A DNA stretch of 64,000 bases from the human T2T-CHM13v2.0 reference genome, Homo sapiens, in NCBI RefSeq assembly GCF_009914755.1, contig NC_060938.1; one strand, 5' to 3'. The notes under the pieces are model-generated. The model had not been told where the DNA came from, searched no databases, and saw nothing but the letters and a program-made list of their open reading frames with translations. Shown here piece after piece: positions 26,930 to 42,949 of this stretch (positions are counted from its first letter, which is position 1; the number at the start of each line of letters is the position of its first letter). The position numbers were made by a program, and so were the translations under genes.

Positions 26930-27860
26930 TAGAAGAAATGCAAATAGTTGTAAATGTATGAAAAGATGTTCCCCATCACTAGAATGCATTCATTTAGTTC
27001 ATATAGTGCTTAATATATGTCAGGCACTGCTCTAAGCACCAGGCATCATTCTAAGTCTTTGCAAATGTTATCTCAATTAATCCCAATAATAATCCTATGT
27101 GGCAAGTGGTATTATTTTCCCCATTTTTGATGGGAAAGATGAAACTGAAGCACAGAGAATTTATGTAATTTGTGAAGACCACACAGTATGCAGCTAGTAC
27201 ACTGCACAGCCAGGGAACTGGGTCCTAGGTCCATGCTGTTAAGATACTATGCCATGCAATCTTGCCAGGGAAATGCAGGTTCAAACATGATACCATTTTC
27301 TACCCATCAGGTCGGCAAAAAAATTTAAATATTGGTAACATCAAGTGCTGGTAAGGATGGGGGCAAATAAATCCTCATATATTCACTCATATATTGTTGC
27401 AGCATTTTTTGAAGGTAATCCTGCAGTATGCACTAAAACTTAAAGTACATAAAACCCTCTGTGCAACATTCCACTTTGGGTACTCTAGCCTACAAGAATA
27501 AAAGCATCAGTAGAAAAGGCATAATGAAAGTGCAGCATTGCTTGTGGTGATGGCAAAACTGGAAATAAGTGTCTATCACAGGAGCTATGGCTGAATAAAT
27601 TAAGTTAAGTTACATTCATATTATGGAATAGTATTCAGCTATTATGTGAGTTCAATCTGTATCTCTTGATCCAGAGAAAGTTGCAGTACTGTGTACAATA
27701 CAATCTCACTTTTTTGTGTGAATTTTTTTAGCCTATTTGACAGTTACCTGAGGAAGTAGGATAGAGCAGAGGAATTACCATCTATATATGTTTATGAATT
27801 GTTTGACTTTTTATATAAGCTCATATTGTCTTTACAATTTAAACATCTAATTAAGTTAAA
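26930..27860 (+). mobile_element. Old L1M/L1ME 3' region, with a minus-strand MIR inserted at ~26985-27260
   Basis: tatgaaaagatgttccccatcactag | MIR | cagggaaatgca...gataccattttctacccatcag...caagtgctggtaaggatg. Confidence 0.7.
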
Positions 27861-29539
27861 AATACTTATAAATGTAAACATAATAACCAGCCTAGAAAAT
27901 ATGTTTTAGATCTTCAGCTTCACATAGAAAATTATATGAATAATATAGCTTTTCAAATCAAGTGGGAAAGACTCAGATTTGTATTTATAGATACCTCTTA
28001 CACGTAGGCATTGCAACTTACAGTTTTCAGCAATTACAGAATAAACATTAATTTTCTTTAATGGGCATTTCTGGAAACAGAAAGCAAGAAGGAATAATTT
28101 GTTCATTCCTTGTCTAATAGTGTAACTAGACAAAGGAGAGTAATATCACTTTTAAAATCAGTGTATGCTCTACAATCTCTGTGTCTATTCCTTCCGTTCA
28201 CACTCAAGTATAGAGAGAAGCCATGTTTAGGAGGAAAGTAGAGGGGCTGGTGACATTGAAAGGTTTAAAAAACCCCTCCTTTGATAAAAGGGGAATTAGA
28301 TACACATTTCTCTGGCTTTAAGTCCCTCTTTCTATGCTCCACGTTGTGTGCAAAGCTCAAAGAAGTAAAGTTGAAATCTGAACTAGTGGCTGAAAATGTT
28401 GAGTGCAGCAGGGGTGACAAACAGGAATCTGCCAGCATCATTTGATTTCTGGTTGTGTTAACCACAGGCCCTTCCTGGTCTGGTGAAATTTAAAGTGCTG
28501 CTGCCATCTTCAGGAGTTCCCCATTGTCATATTTAAGTATAGTTACAAGTAAGTTGTTTACAGCCTCATAACCCTCTGTGGGAGTTCAGAACCTCAGCTA
28601 GAAAACAGACACTCCAGGTGACTGCTAAACTGAAGGAAGCTTAAAGATCATTACCTGTAAGGCAGCTTTTAGTGTGTGTGTTTAATGTTATGAAATGGTA
28701 TGTTTCTCCCTTTGAGAGGTAATACGAATTAAGATTTAGGGTCCAAAAAAGGACATGACCGAGAAGTGAGCCAAGACTTTAAAAAATAATGGGGGAGGAG
28801 GGTTAAGTTATAACACTATAACATTTTGGAAGCATCTACTGGCTTTGAAGACCTATTGAGTCAATCTCCCTGAGGACCACATGTTCAATTTCTACGGCAA
28901 ACATTAAGTTTAGAGAACATTTGGTCAAAAGGAATCTGTGAGCTTCCATTTTTATATTATTTACTGAGAATTCTGAGCCTGTCTATCTTCTCAGATTGTT
29001 TGAGTTACAGATAATTGATAGGAAAGGCCAAATTGTCCAACAGTACTCTCAGGATGAAGCTCTACTTCTTTCCCAAAAATAATTCGACTTCATCACTTAG
29101 TGAAGAAAAATTAATGAAGTCCTAAGATGAAAATAAGGCCATCACACTATTTTTCTTCTTGATGATTAGAGATGCTGATACCCACAAATGGTCGTGGAAG
29201 TCCGTGAGAATGTGTATATCCCTGGTGGCCCTCAGGGAGGCAGTTGTCCGATCTTCAGGTCATGATACTACAATGTCATAAGCAAATGCTTTTTTTGAGA
29301 CATTGAAGTTTTCATAAAGCTCACTTCACATTGTTCTTTTTTGTTTACTCATCATTTTAGGCAATCTTAAGTTCTCATAGCAAGTTGGAAAGTACCTTAT
29401 ACAGCCCATTTTTGCTGCTGATTTACATTATTAAAGCAAAGAGTAAAATTCCTTTAAAGTCACCTTTAGAAAAATTTCACATCATTTTAGGAGATATCCA
29501 AGTTTCCTTTCATCACAAATAATTAAAAAGTGGATATGG

Positions 29540-31039
<1,500 letters not shown>

Positions 31040-32729
31040 AAAAAGTGGATATGGAATGAGATGATTATAATATGTATCTAGCACCATGATAGATATATCA
31101 TCAGCATGGCACTTCAGAAACTTTGCTGTATATAGCAGATTGTTTGTGTCTTCTGAAATTTTCCCTTGGAGTTATTCATTTCTTCAACAAAGACTCTCTA
31201 AGGGCCTTTTTAATATACTAGGTATTCTGCTAGGCACTTCTTATATGTTATGTCTGCATTCTTTATGATGATTCTATAAAGATCATGCTCTCCCGTCTAG
31301 AAGATAAGGAAACTGAGATACAGCTAGTGTAAGTGATAGGCACATGTCACATAGAATTGGAACACAAATGTGCCTTGCTCTTGTGACTATACTGTTTGCA
31401 CAATAGCATCACCAAAGACAATAAAGAGTTTTCTTCCTGAGCTCTCTCCTGTCTCCTATGATTATGAAACAGTCATTCAATGAATATTTGACTCTTTGCT
31501 ACAGTCAAGGCATTGTGAATTTTATTAATATAACACTTAGAGAGGAAAAAATAAGTCAAGCCTAAAATTAGACTCTAAAACAAGCAGTAGTTATAAAAAT
31601 GGAAAGTATGACTCAAAGCATATTGAGCTATTTGTGCTCACTGCCACGGGGGGCATTGCTGACTTATAAGTGGAAGAACAGGTGAATAGATTGCACACTG
31701 GAGAAATTCCATAAGGTGAATATAATTTTAAACTCATCCACAACACCACATAGGAAAAAAATATTAGGTAAAAACCTAAGACATACAGAAATGCATTTAG
31801 CTGCAATATGGCAGGGGGCAAGCTATAGATTAGGATTTTTATTTCTATATTCCTTTGTAACCCTATTACATCTGACCACTCAAACCTTGAAATGGGTAAA
31901 CAAATGAGCCCTTGCAAAATTTACCCCTTCTTGTTTTATATGTAAGGTTATTGCTATTTCTGGATTTCAGTGTCTATAGCCTTAATTCAATGTTAGGGTA
32001 AATCTGGCCATGTTCAATTTCATTGCACTTGCTACTCTGTCTGTTCTTCCTACTGAGTTCTAAATGGCCCCAGACTCAGAAGTTAAACAGTGAAGCCACC
32101 ATCTCAGCCCAATGCCTGCAGAAGTCTCTGGTGCCACTACACAGCTGCTTACGGCTTAATGAACCACTTTTGAGTGTGCTGCTAAATGAGGTTGCAAAGA
32201 GCGAACCATTTCTAACGGCATCAACCTTTCACTTGAGGAAAGGGGTGCTTCTCATCATTTACCAGACTTTACCTGAAGGATAAAAACACACCAAGACTTT
32301 CACTTTTGGGTAAACCAGCAACTCTTCAGGGAACAGATCTATGTCTTTGCATGCTGATCTGATTTTCTGCTTTAGCGGTCATCATTAACATTAATGCGAA
32401 ATTGGAAGGTGAGACATTGGGGTCCTCAGGCAGAAAGTCAGCACAAAAGACTGAATGTGAATAAGCCAGGATGGATGGGCCAGACTTAGTACTATTGATG
32501 ATAAAAACTGTACATTGCTCAGGTGCTTTTTGAGGAGCTCAAACACGACCCAGACTCAGACTAACAGCAGTGAAATCAGCAGTCCTATAATAACATTACA
32601 TATACAAAAATGAAAAGTTGGGGAAATTATTTGGATTTTTGCCAAGGGATGGACTCCATACTCAAGGGGCCCCTCCACCCTAGAACTGCTAAGGACATTT
32701 GTCTGAGACTCTTGCTAGAAACTGCCCCA

Positions 32730-33420
32730 GACATTATAAATGTTCATTTTTTTCTATTATCTCAATATTCTATCAACATGTATAGAACAAAACATCATCT
32801 GTGGCATCCCCAGCCACATGCTCCTTAGCTCACTTGATTATATCTCAATTATTCCAATGTCTCCAGCTTCAAACAGTAGGATCTTCCTACCCTTTCCCTT
32901 GGCCTCTACATTCAGGGTCATCAGGTCTTCCTCAGTAAGGTCCATCTCATCATCTTTCCACCTGCCTTTCCCCTTGTCCGGACTCTCACAGTTGCACTTC
33001 TGGTCCTATACTTACTTGACCCTTAACCAGTCTCCTGGCATACTTCACCTGTATAGCACAAATTAACTTTCCTAATGTGCCACACTATCCCATTCAAACC
33101 TTATCTGTGGTTCCCATGTCTTCAGAGTAAAGTTTTGACTTACCCTGATATTTAAAGGCTTCCAGGATCATCCTAGTAAAGGGCCTCAACTATAATACTT
33201 CCCCCTATACTGACACTGCTTGAAGCAGACCAGCCTCTCCTCCTGTCCCTAGAACAGGCTACATGCACTTCTGTCTCTGCACTATGATTCAGGCCATTCT
33301 CCCTGTCTCTTCTCTTATGTAAATCCTTCTTCTTTTCAAAAATTCAGCTTACACGAATGACCACCACCCTCCCAGTAAACCTCCCAAGTTCATCTTCTCT
33401 GTTCTTTTCTTCTAAACACT
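32730..33420 (+). mobile_element. Degraded L2
   Basis: Pyrimidine-rich L2-like motifs (ggttcccatgtcttcagagtaaag, ctgatatttaaaggcttcca). Confidence 0.5.
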
Positions 33421-33509
33421 ATTGCTTTATTTATCTTAGTATTTCCCAAAAGAATTTACAGCTGACTCCTGCAGAAATTGCTGAATGTGCCACTCATTTA
33501 CCAGTTTTC

Positions 33510-33740
33510 ATAATAATAGCAGCTAATATCTATAGTGCTTACTATACTCTATGCTCTGTATACTACTTTCATATATTAACCTATTTAAAACTCACAGCAA
33601 CCCTGTGAGGCAGATACTATTATTATCCCCCTTTTACAAATAAGGATTGAAAGTTTATGTAACTTTCCCAAGGTTACCCAGCTGGAGAACTGCAAAGCCA
33701 GGATTTTGACCCAGTCACTCAGCTCCAGAAACTGTGTTCT
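33510..33740 (-). mobile_element. MIR
   Basis: ataatagcagctaatatctatagtgcttacta...caaccctgtgaggcagatactattattatccccc...ccaaggttacccagct. Confidence 0.85.
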
Positions 33741-36019
33741 TTATAGATAATCTTGTATTATTCATTAACTTTTTATATCTACTCCCGTCTTCCCAATCAG
33801 ATTCTTTAAGGGTAGTTACTACATCTCCTGTCTCATTTTATCCCTTCCTGTAGCCACTATAAAGTTTTGCACATGGTTAGTTATTACCGTTTGCTGTCCA
33901 TGTCTGCCTTAAAGTTGTCTTAAATTCTTTCTGGGGAAAAAGGTGAAATATAAATGATCAAGAAGCTATGGAGGTTTCTTGCACATCAGTCTCCCTGAAA
34001 ATCTATGACCAGACCTTACAAAGACTTTTGTCATCTTCCTTGAACCAGATAGTCTGGAAAACCTAACTTTACAGAATGAATGAATTTTAGTAAGGGCTAA
34101 AAAGTGAATTCCATGCTCTCCTACCCTCTGCTTCACATACACCAAGTTTCAGCATATTAAAAATTATTTTCACAGGGAAAACAATTCTGAAGAAAATAAT
34201 TCTCAAATGCATTAAATACAAAATTATTTTTGCAGAAGGTTTGGGGAGGGAAGTCAGACTTTTGAAATGCTGGTTTGTAATGTTATCCTAAAAGAACTTT
34301 TTGCAACATTTCAATTTGTAGAATGTATCATTCTAAACGTATGATTGCCTATGAGGTCAGGAACCTTGTCTGATAACACATTTATATTGTTCAGAGCACC
34401 TAGCATAGTGATAGGCACATATTAGTTTTTAAAAATTTCTCTGAATTGATTTTCCCAAATTATTTTGCCATCACTGCTTTTCCCAGAATATATTAATTTC
34501 TTCCAAGCCTATGGATTCCCCTCCTCAAGCCTTCCAGCTCCTGCCAGCTTTGTTCTCTTTGTTCATCTTCTTCTGGGCCATTGCACTGTCTACTTGAGTT
34601 AGCCTGTAATATCATATTTGCCAGCAGGTGCTGCCATTTGCCACAGGATTTGCCAATTTTCAAAATTCCCTAAATCTGAGACTCCAGATTGTGTAAAATA
34701 GTACAGTGCCTAATTTATCAACTTGGCAGGTTTGAAGTGCTATAAAATCAGTTACTTAAAATGAGTGATACTTGTGCTGCATAATTTTAATGAGCAGAGC
34801 TCCACTGCTCTATTAAGACAACAGGGGACCACATTGAGAAAACAAGCAGCAAGAATGTGAGGTTAAAAGAATAACAGGAAAACCCAGTGGGGACAACATG
34901 TTCAATAAACAACTGACTTTCTCATTGACTCATCTTAGTATCTTTCATATCTGTCCTTCATTTCCATTTCCACACGAAGTCAGCCCTTTATTACCTCATA
35001 TGAAAATTAATCCAGTATCTGTAGGTCTTTTCTCCCTGTCCCCAGGCTCTTCCCACTCCTAGCCATCTTGTGTATTGCTGGAATAACCCTCCTAGCATCA
35101 CACTAAAAACCTTTAATGATGTCCAAATGCCATCATCAAGGCAGTCCTCTGCAGTGTGGCACACCAGGCCCAATAATGCAGTCTCAAATTACCTGTCCAA
35201 GCTTACTTTCAATTGTTCCCAGATTCTCCACTTTGACAAGGCAGGGGTTTGTATTCTTCCCTGCAGATAAACTCATTTCCATCTTAGTACCTTTGTGTCT
35301 GCTAATCTACCACCTTCCTTCTCTTAATTCCTTAGTCACTGCTATTGCTATATTAATTTCCCAGGAGTAACTAAATGCATGGAATATTGCTGGTTCATAT
35401 AAACCCTTCTCCCACTATCCCTGGGAACATCTGGAATACAGGACAAGTATTCTACAACAAGACAGTATTAATGAAATACAACACTCTATAACATTTATAT
35501 AATGCATTAAATAAGTAGACAACATGCAGATAATTCCTGGGAGATGTCGGTCAGCACAAGCCCTTCTATGTACCCACAGTCATTTTTGCATTCCCAGCTG
35601 AAATGTGATTTTGAAGCAGTCTCATCTCAGGACTTGTCTTGACTGCACGAGTGGAATCTCAGAGGTAGCTGGCAAATCCTCTGCTCCATGTAAAGCACCA
35701 TGTTTCTTCTCTGCAGCCCAACCTGCGGTTTCCTAATCTCCTGACTTCCTGAAAGTCACAGGCTATACTATGTTGTTGTCTGCCCCACTGCTCTGGACCT
35801 AAGGCACGGAAATCATAGCATCCACTGGTATCACCAGAGGGAAGGGTGCTCCCAGAATGTTCCCCTTTTCTATATTTTCATATGCTGACCAGACTCACTT
35901 TCCAATTCCAGGTAGTCCTCTAAGGGTTTTCCTGCCCTCTCAGTCAGCCAGCACCTCTCTGTCTCTTCTATGATACACCCCTGATTTCCCGTTTTGGGAT
36001 GAAATATGGTCTATTTAGA

Positions 36020-36200
36020 ATGAGAACCAAAAGGTTTAGATTCAAGTTCTAGTTCTGCTACTTCCTAGCTGATGTATTTGAACCTCTGTTTCCTCAGAGG
36101 TAAAATGGAAATGATAATTTCTACAAATCTGAGAAGTGAGCTCAAAAAGGAGTAATACATGTGAGGTACATTGAAAACTATAAAGTGCCATATGCAAGTA
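36020..36200 (+). mobile_element. MIR
   Basis: gattcaagttctagttctgctacttcctagctg...gtttcctcagaggtaaaatggaaatgataat. Confidence 0.7.
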
Positions 36201-36375
36201 AGATGACACGTATTTCTGCACTCAGTAGCAGGCACAAACGTATAGTACACATCCTGAGGCGGAGATATTAGGAACAAAGCTAAAACCCTGGCAGGAAGGA
36301 AGTACTCCCTGGACGATTTTTTTTTAACCTCGGTAGGTTACAGAACCAAGACTTCATCCACCAGCTCTATCTGAA

Positions 36376-36391
36376 TGCCATCTAGTGGACA
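36376..36391 (-). promoter_or_regulatory. Predicted CTCF binding motif
   Basis: Minus strand TGTCCACTAGATGGCA fits the core CCASYAGRKGGCR; lies in apparently non-repeat DNA. Motif only. Confidence 0.55.
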
Positions 36392-37570
36392 CAAAGTTTT
36401 TGTGAGAAGTACTGCAGACATAAGTGATGGTTCATAAGGCATTAGCCTCTGTTGGTATTGCTAATACACAAGGTAAGCTTTCACCTTAGCTGGACACCTA
36501 TGAGGTTCAATATAAAGAATTCCAGGGAAGGTCCTGATTTGTGATTCTCACTCCAGCCCCCATGACACCCAAAATTTCATCATCAGAGCTTCATATTTTT
36601 CCCGAGCATCAGGGGATTTTAACTCTTCCAATGTCTTTTATCAAAATTGAAAGGCCCATGGGCGAACATGCCCTTAGATCTCTTTCATCTCATACCTCAG
36701 CAGATTTTAGCTGAAGGTAAATGAAAAAGATCTTACAGGAATAGAAATCAAGAAGGGCAGGGCAAAGTGGAGGACCTTGGAGAAATATGAGAGGGTCAAA
36801 GAGACCGGGGTAACCAAAAACAAACTCCATACTCTCCCTAGCTTTGCTTTCACCAGGTCTTGTTAATCAAATGTTGTTTGGCTAACTTTAATTCTTTTTG
36901 CATCCTGCAGCTTACAATTAGCCTTGATGGCTGATGAAGCCCATATTCAAGCAAAAGTAGAAAGAATGCATTTTTTTAAGTTTTAAATTTATCTCTGAAG
37001 CCATCTCAGCACATACAGGGGCTGCAGGCAGGGAGTAGTCAGTGGTGGCAGAGGAGACTGCTTTGTGGTTTGCATCCAAAGTCAATGGGGCTTCCCACTA
37101 GCAGCCCTAGCTTAGCAGCATGGCACTGGAGGCATGCCCCTTTGGAAATGTGTTGGAGCCCTGCTTAGCTGTGTCTGCTCCTCCTCAACGTGCTTCCTTT
37201 TCTATCTACAGTATTTAGAAAGATGAGAGACAACGCTGCGAAGAACACAAAGGCTTTTGCAAACTGTCTCTGGCTTCATATTCAAAGCTGTTGCTATCAG
37301 GGTTGGATTTAGCAACTTGGCATTCACTTGGTAGGACCACCCCTGTTGGCAGCCATCTGGTGTCTTTTGGAGAATTTTTAAAGAGCACAGCTTGAAGAGC
37401 ATTTTGTAGTGGAGAAAGCTTTGGTGTTCAATTCAGGAAGCCTGGGTTTGAGCCCACCACCAGTAGCAAAAGTGATCTTGGTTGATCCACCACCTCCTCT
37501 TTGAACCTCTGGTTTGTTTTTAATCAGTTAAGCGATTTGTCAATTTCCTGCAAGATCCAATAGTCTAGGG

Positions 37571-37757
37571 CAGAGGTTCTCCAAGTGTGGTCACAGGACC
37601 AGCAGCATCAATATCACCTGGGAACTTAATTTGAAATGTACATTCTCAGTCCCCACTTTAGTCTCCTGAATCAGACTCTCTGGGGATAGGACCCAGCAGT
37701 CTGTGTGTAAAAAACTCTCCAGTAACTCATATACACAGTCACTTTTGAGAACCACTG
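37571..37757. mobile_element. MER5A (hAT-Charlie)
   Basis: TIRs CAGAGGTTCTCCAAG...TTTTGAGAACCACTG; internal accagcagcatcaatatcacctgggaactt. Confidence 0.9.
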
Positions 37758-38859
37758 CTGTAAGGTTTTATTATTCTCCTTCTGCTGTTTCTTCTTTGGG
37801 TGTTCCTTGGCAACACTAATTTGCAATTGGTCAAAGATGTGTTGGAAGTCAAGGAAGGCATTCACTTGCAAAAGTCAGCTAACCAGGTAACCAGAGAGAT
37901 CCAAATCAGAGTGTGGACATGGATCCTGAGGGAGAACCCTCCATCACTTCTCTAGGCCCTTCCATGGCCAAAGTTCCAGAAAGCCCTTTCTGCCCACAGT
38001 ACAGACATCTTCTTGGCTGTGTTCTTGCAGCGCATTTTACAACGTCAAAAGTAGCAAAAGCAAAAGTGTTTTTTTGTTAATGACGCCAACCTCTCTATTG
38101 ACTATTTTTGTCTCTAATCCCCATAGATACTTGTCATTTAGTGCTGGGCAAGGAAAATTACTTTCTTCATTTTAGTGTTTTGTTTTGCCCTCTACCTTTT
38201 TTGACAGCTCTTCATTTCCTCTAAGTTATCAGGGACAACCTACAAGTATGGTGCTGGGTTCCACAAGGGAACTGTGGTTTCCTAGCAACAGCCAGAGACT
38301 GCTGGGCCATTCTCTGAGTCACCAGCTCCAGGCAGCTCTTGATAAGCAGCATTGCTTGCAGAAAAAACCTCTGTGGACCCCACACAGGAGCCTGCATGCA
38401 CATGTCTCCTTCGAAGGGCTATGGGATCTATACAGAACAGATCAGCAACAGGTTGTAAAGAATGACATAAATAGGTGCTCTTTATTCTAAGGTAAATGGA
38501 TCTTGCTTCTTGATTATTCTTTGGGGTGTTGAAGAAGGAAAAGAATAATGAAGGAAAGTAAAAGCAGAGGGAAAAAGAAAGGAAGAGAGGGAGGAAAGGA
38601 GAATTTTTTTCAACAAACATCCCCTAAGCATGTACTGCTGTATCCTTTAGCTAGATTCTAGGATGAAAAATCACATAAGACATGGTTCTTGCCCTCAGGA
38701 TGCTAATAGTTTAATGGGGGAAATGGTTCAGAATATTCAATTTGCATTTCATCATGATAGATGTCATACAGGAGAATTACTGGTTCCATGACAGAGTATA
38801 ACTGCAGGACATCATGAACCATAATGAGGCCTTCTTTAATTTTTTTAAAATCACTATAA

Positions 38860-39660
38860 AATTATCCTTTTTTTTGAGATTTTCAAGTGTACTAAGTAAT
38901 ACATAGTATAGCTTTAATAATATTTTTGATCTCAAGATCTGTGATTATATTACCATTCTTATTCTTAATGCTGTGTATTTGGATATTTTTGCTACTTTTT
39001 TTGTAATAAGGTTTTCCAAGAGTTTGTGTCTTTTATTGATCTTTTTGAAATAGGTTGTTGGTAAATTTATCAATTCTACTATTTGTTTAAATGTATTGTT
39101 ATTTTTATTGATTTCTTTCTCTTGCTTTCCTAAAATTATATAGGCTTTTTTATGTCCTCTTGAATTGAGGCCATAATTGAATCCATGTATTTTCATTTTT
39201 CCTGTGTATTAATAAAAGCACTTAAAGCTGTGAATATCTCTGATTTTAGGTTTGGCTGCTGCCATATGTCTTACTATGAACCATTATTCAATATTCTTAT
39301 TTACTTTTGTTTGCTTGTCTATCAAAGAGATTAAAGTCACCCCCTATGATTATGGTTCTTTGAATTTCTCTTCGTATTTCTAAGAGATGTTTATATATAT
39401 ATGATGCCATACTGCTTAGCACCTAGAGTTTCAATGATTTCTATGTTATGAATTATACTCGTTAGCAATAAAAATGAAAAAGGAAAGAAGGAAGGAAGGA
39501 AGGAAGGAAGAAACCCTTTCTCATCTAATTTAATGGCCTGATCCTTTAATTCTACATCATCATCTGATATTGATTTTGTCGCTCCTGATTTACTTTTATT
39601 GCCCATACTTTCCTTTACTTTACATAGAAGTATGTTTTGTGTTTTGACCCAAAGTGCTTG
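38860..39660 (-). mobile_element. Old L1M fragment containing a short (GGAA)5 at 39490-39509
   Basis: T-rich; ttaaagtcaccccctatgattatgg and ctttaattctacatcatcatctgatattga resemble reverse L1 ORF2 endonuclease-region sequence. Confidence 0.55.
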
Positions 39661-39664
39661 GTCG

Positions 39665-40121
39665 AGGACCTGTTTGCCCTCTCATTTATTTTTTGTCATT
39701 CTTGCTCAGTTCTGCATCACAGTGGGGCCCCTACAGACTGTGTTAGCTGGCTTTCAACTGGGTTTGGCCAACAGAAAAAAACAGTAAGAGAAAAGGATAA
39801 ACCAGGCTGTTTCTCTTCCCCTACCTCTCATGTGTTGTTTCCTGCAATAGCTACAGCTTTTCTCTGGCTCCAACTCCTGATAGATGGGCCTGTTCTGCTT
39901 CCAGATTCTGCCAAGTGACCCTAATAATTCTGCCTTCTCCCCTCATCTTTCTGCAAATTGCTGGTAGTGGCTTCCTGAGGCTGTAATCCCTAGGCTACCT
40001 CATTGTCTCCTCTTTAACTTCTATACTCTTCTATCCATTATGTAGCCAATTTCCTGCATTAAATTCCCTTTGTTTTAAATACTCAGAGTAGTTTCTGTTT
40101 TCCTGAATGAACCTTGATATA
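39665..40121 (+). mobile_element. LTR33-like ERVL LTR
   Basis: ctggctttcaactgggtttggccaa...gcattaaattccctttgttttaaatactcagagtagtttctgttttcctga. Confidence 0.55.
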
Positions 40122-40177
40122 CCCACTCTTTTTACTTTAGTATGAAAATTTAACCTACTCACTTTTGCAGCAAATAC

Positions 40178-41154
<977 letters not shown>

Positions 41155-41299
41155 ACATACACAGCACACATCAATTTTATTGTTGTTGTTATTAGTATAA
41201 TTTTAGCAGTTACATGGACTTACTGCCTCGTCTCTAGAAACCCATCAGCTAATCTTCTAAAGGAAACATTTTTATAAAGACATAGGCTTAGATATTGAT

Positions 41300-42640
41300 T
41301 ATATTTCTGGGGGAGTATGAAAGGTTTTAAAAATAAACAAAGTACAAGAATAATAAAACAAACACCCATGTATCTACTATTCAGAATTAATAAATACTAA
41401 ATTCTATCTCTTTGCTTAAATTTTTTTAAAGAAAGGAAGTAAAACATTATAGATAAAACTGAAGTTCTTTGTTGCAATCCACAGTCTCAAAACTCTTTGT
41501 CCTTCCTTTGTAGAGGTGATCACTATCATGAATTTGCAATATCTCCTTCTAATTCTTGTTTCTTTCTGTTATTAGCTATCTAAGCAGGCATATGAAATTC
41601 ATAGTAATGCATGTATGACTCTGAGGGCTTGTTAACTCTTCATGAATATTAGCATGCTATACACACCATTCTACAATTTGCTCTTCTCTTAGTAACTATA
41701 CGTTTTTAATATTCAGTTGAAACACAAATGCTATCCACTAATTTTAACTGATGTGTATTATTCAATTGTATGAATTAACCACTGTTATCTATCCCCTTTT
41801 ATGGACACTTAGGTTGTTTCCATTTTTCACTATTATAAACAGTATCCAGTGAACATCCTTGGAGGCGTTCATGTGGGGAACATTTGTAAGTTTCTTTAGA
41901 GTATACAGCTGAAACATAGAGTATGCACATCTTTAGCTTTGCTTGATATTGCCAAATTCTTCAAATATTTAGTACTAATTTAAAGTCTCACTAATAGTGA
42001 TATGGCTTGCCTCTGTGTCCCCACCCAAATCTTACCTCAAATTGTAATCCCCATAATCTCCACGTGTCAAGGGAGGGACCTAATGGGACATGATTGGATC
42101 ACAGGGGCAGTTTCCTCCATGCTGGTCTCATGAAAGTGAGTTCTCATGAAAGCTGATGGTTTTATAAGGGGTTCTTCCCCCTTTATTCACCCTCTTGCCT
42201 GCCACCATGTAAGATGTGCCTGCTTCCCCTTCTGCCATGATTGTAAGTTTTCCAATGCCTCCCCAACCATGTGGAACTGTGAGTCAATTAAACCTCTTTT
42301 TATTTTATAAATTACCCAGTCTTGGGAATTTCTTTATAGCAGTGTGAGAACAGACTAATACAAACAGACTGAGTTTCTGTTTCCCCGTATACTCACCACT
42401 TGATATTGTGAGCCATACTGATCTTTAACAATCAGCTTGTTAATGAGAATTAGTATATCTTGGTTATTTTAATTTGTATTTTTCTGATTACTAATTAGGC
42501 TGAGCATCTTTTCTCTTTTTCATTTTTTTTAGTCACTTGGCTTTTCTCCAAATTGCCTATAAATTGTGGGTTTTTTTCATTTTTCTATTAAATTGTCCTT
42601 TTATTATTGATTCATAGGAATCTTTCATGTTTATTGATTA
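41300..42640 (-). mobile_element. Old L1ME-like 3' region, interrupted by THE1D
   Basis: tggacacttaggttgtttccatttttcactattataaac; ttttaatttgtatttttctgattactaattaggctgagcatcttt. Confidence 0.75.
41998..42362 (+). mobile_element. THE1D-like MaLR solo LTR
   Basis: TGATATGGCTTGCCTCTGTGTCCCCACCCAAATC...ggaactgtgagtcaattaaacctc...GACTAATACA; TSD AATAG/AACAG. Confidence 0.92.
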
Positions 42641-42654
42641 GAGAAATTTAGCAG

Positions 42655-42760
42655 ACTTTTCATTCATTCATTAAGCACTTACTATGTGTCAGGCACTGTT
42701 CTAAGCCTGGGGCTAAAATAGTAAACAAATTAGACAAAATTTATGTCCTTGCAGAGCCCC
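42655..42760 (-). mobile_element. L2 3' end
   Basis: ttcattcattcattaagcacttactatgtgtcaggcactgttctaag. Confidence 0.75.
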
Positions 42761-42949
42761 TGTGCATGTCTTCTCCCTACTCTACACTCCTAAGTTTTTA
42801 TCTAAATAAACTATCTTCTTAGATCCAGATTATCATTTTAACATTTTTTGCTGAATTTTATAATGTTAACCATTACACAAGTATACATATACTACACTAA
42901 ATTTGACTGGTTCATTCCTTGCAAATAGTTCCGGGATGCTCTGGCTTCC

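Noticed and set aside
29170-29295. Small CpG-containing patch ending in a T run, as a Pol III ncRNA
   Set aside because: No match to 7SK, 7SL, Y, U6 or tRNA sequences I know; no A/B boxes.
34620-34636. CCAGCAGGTGCTG as a second CTCF site
   Set aside because: Mismatches in the conserved GGC part of the core.
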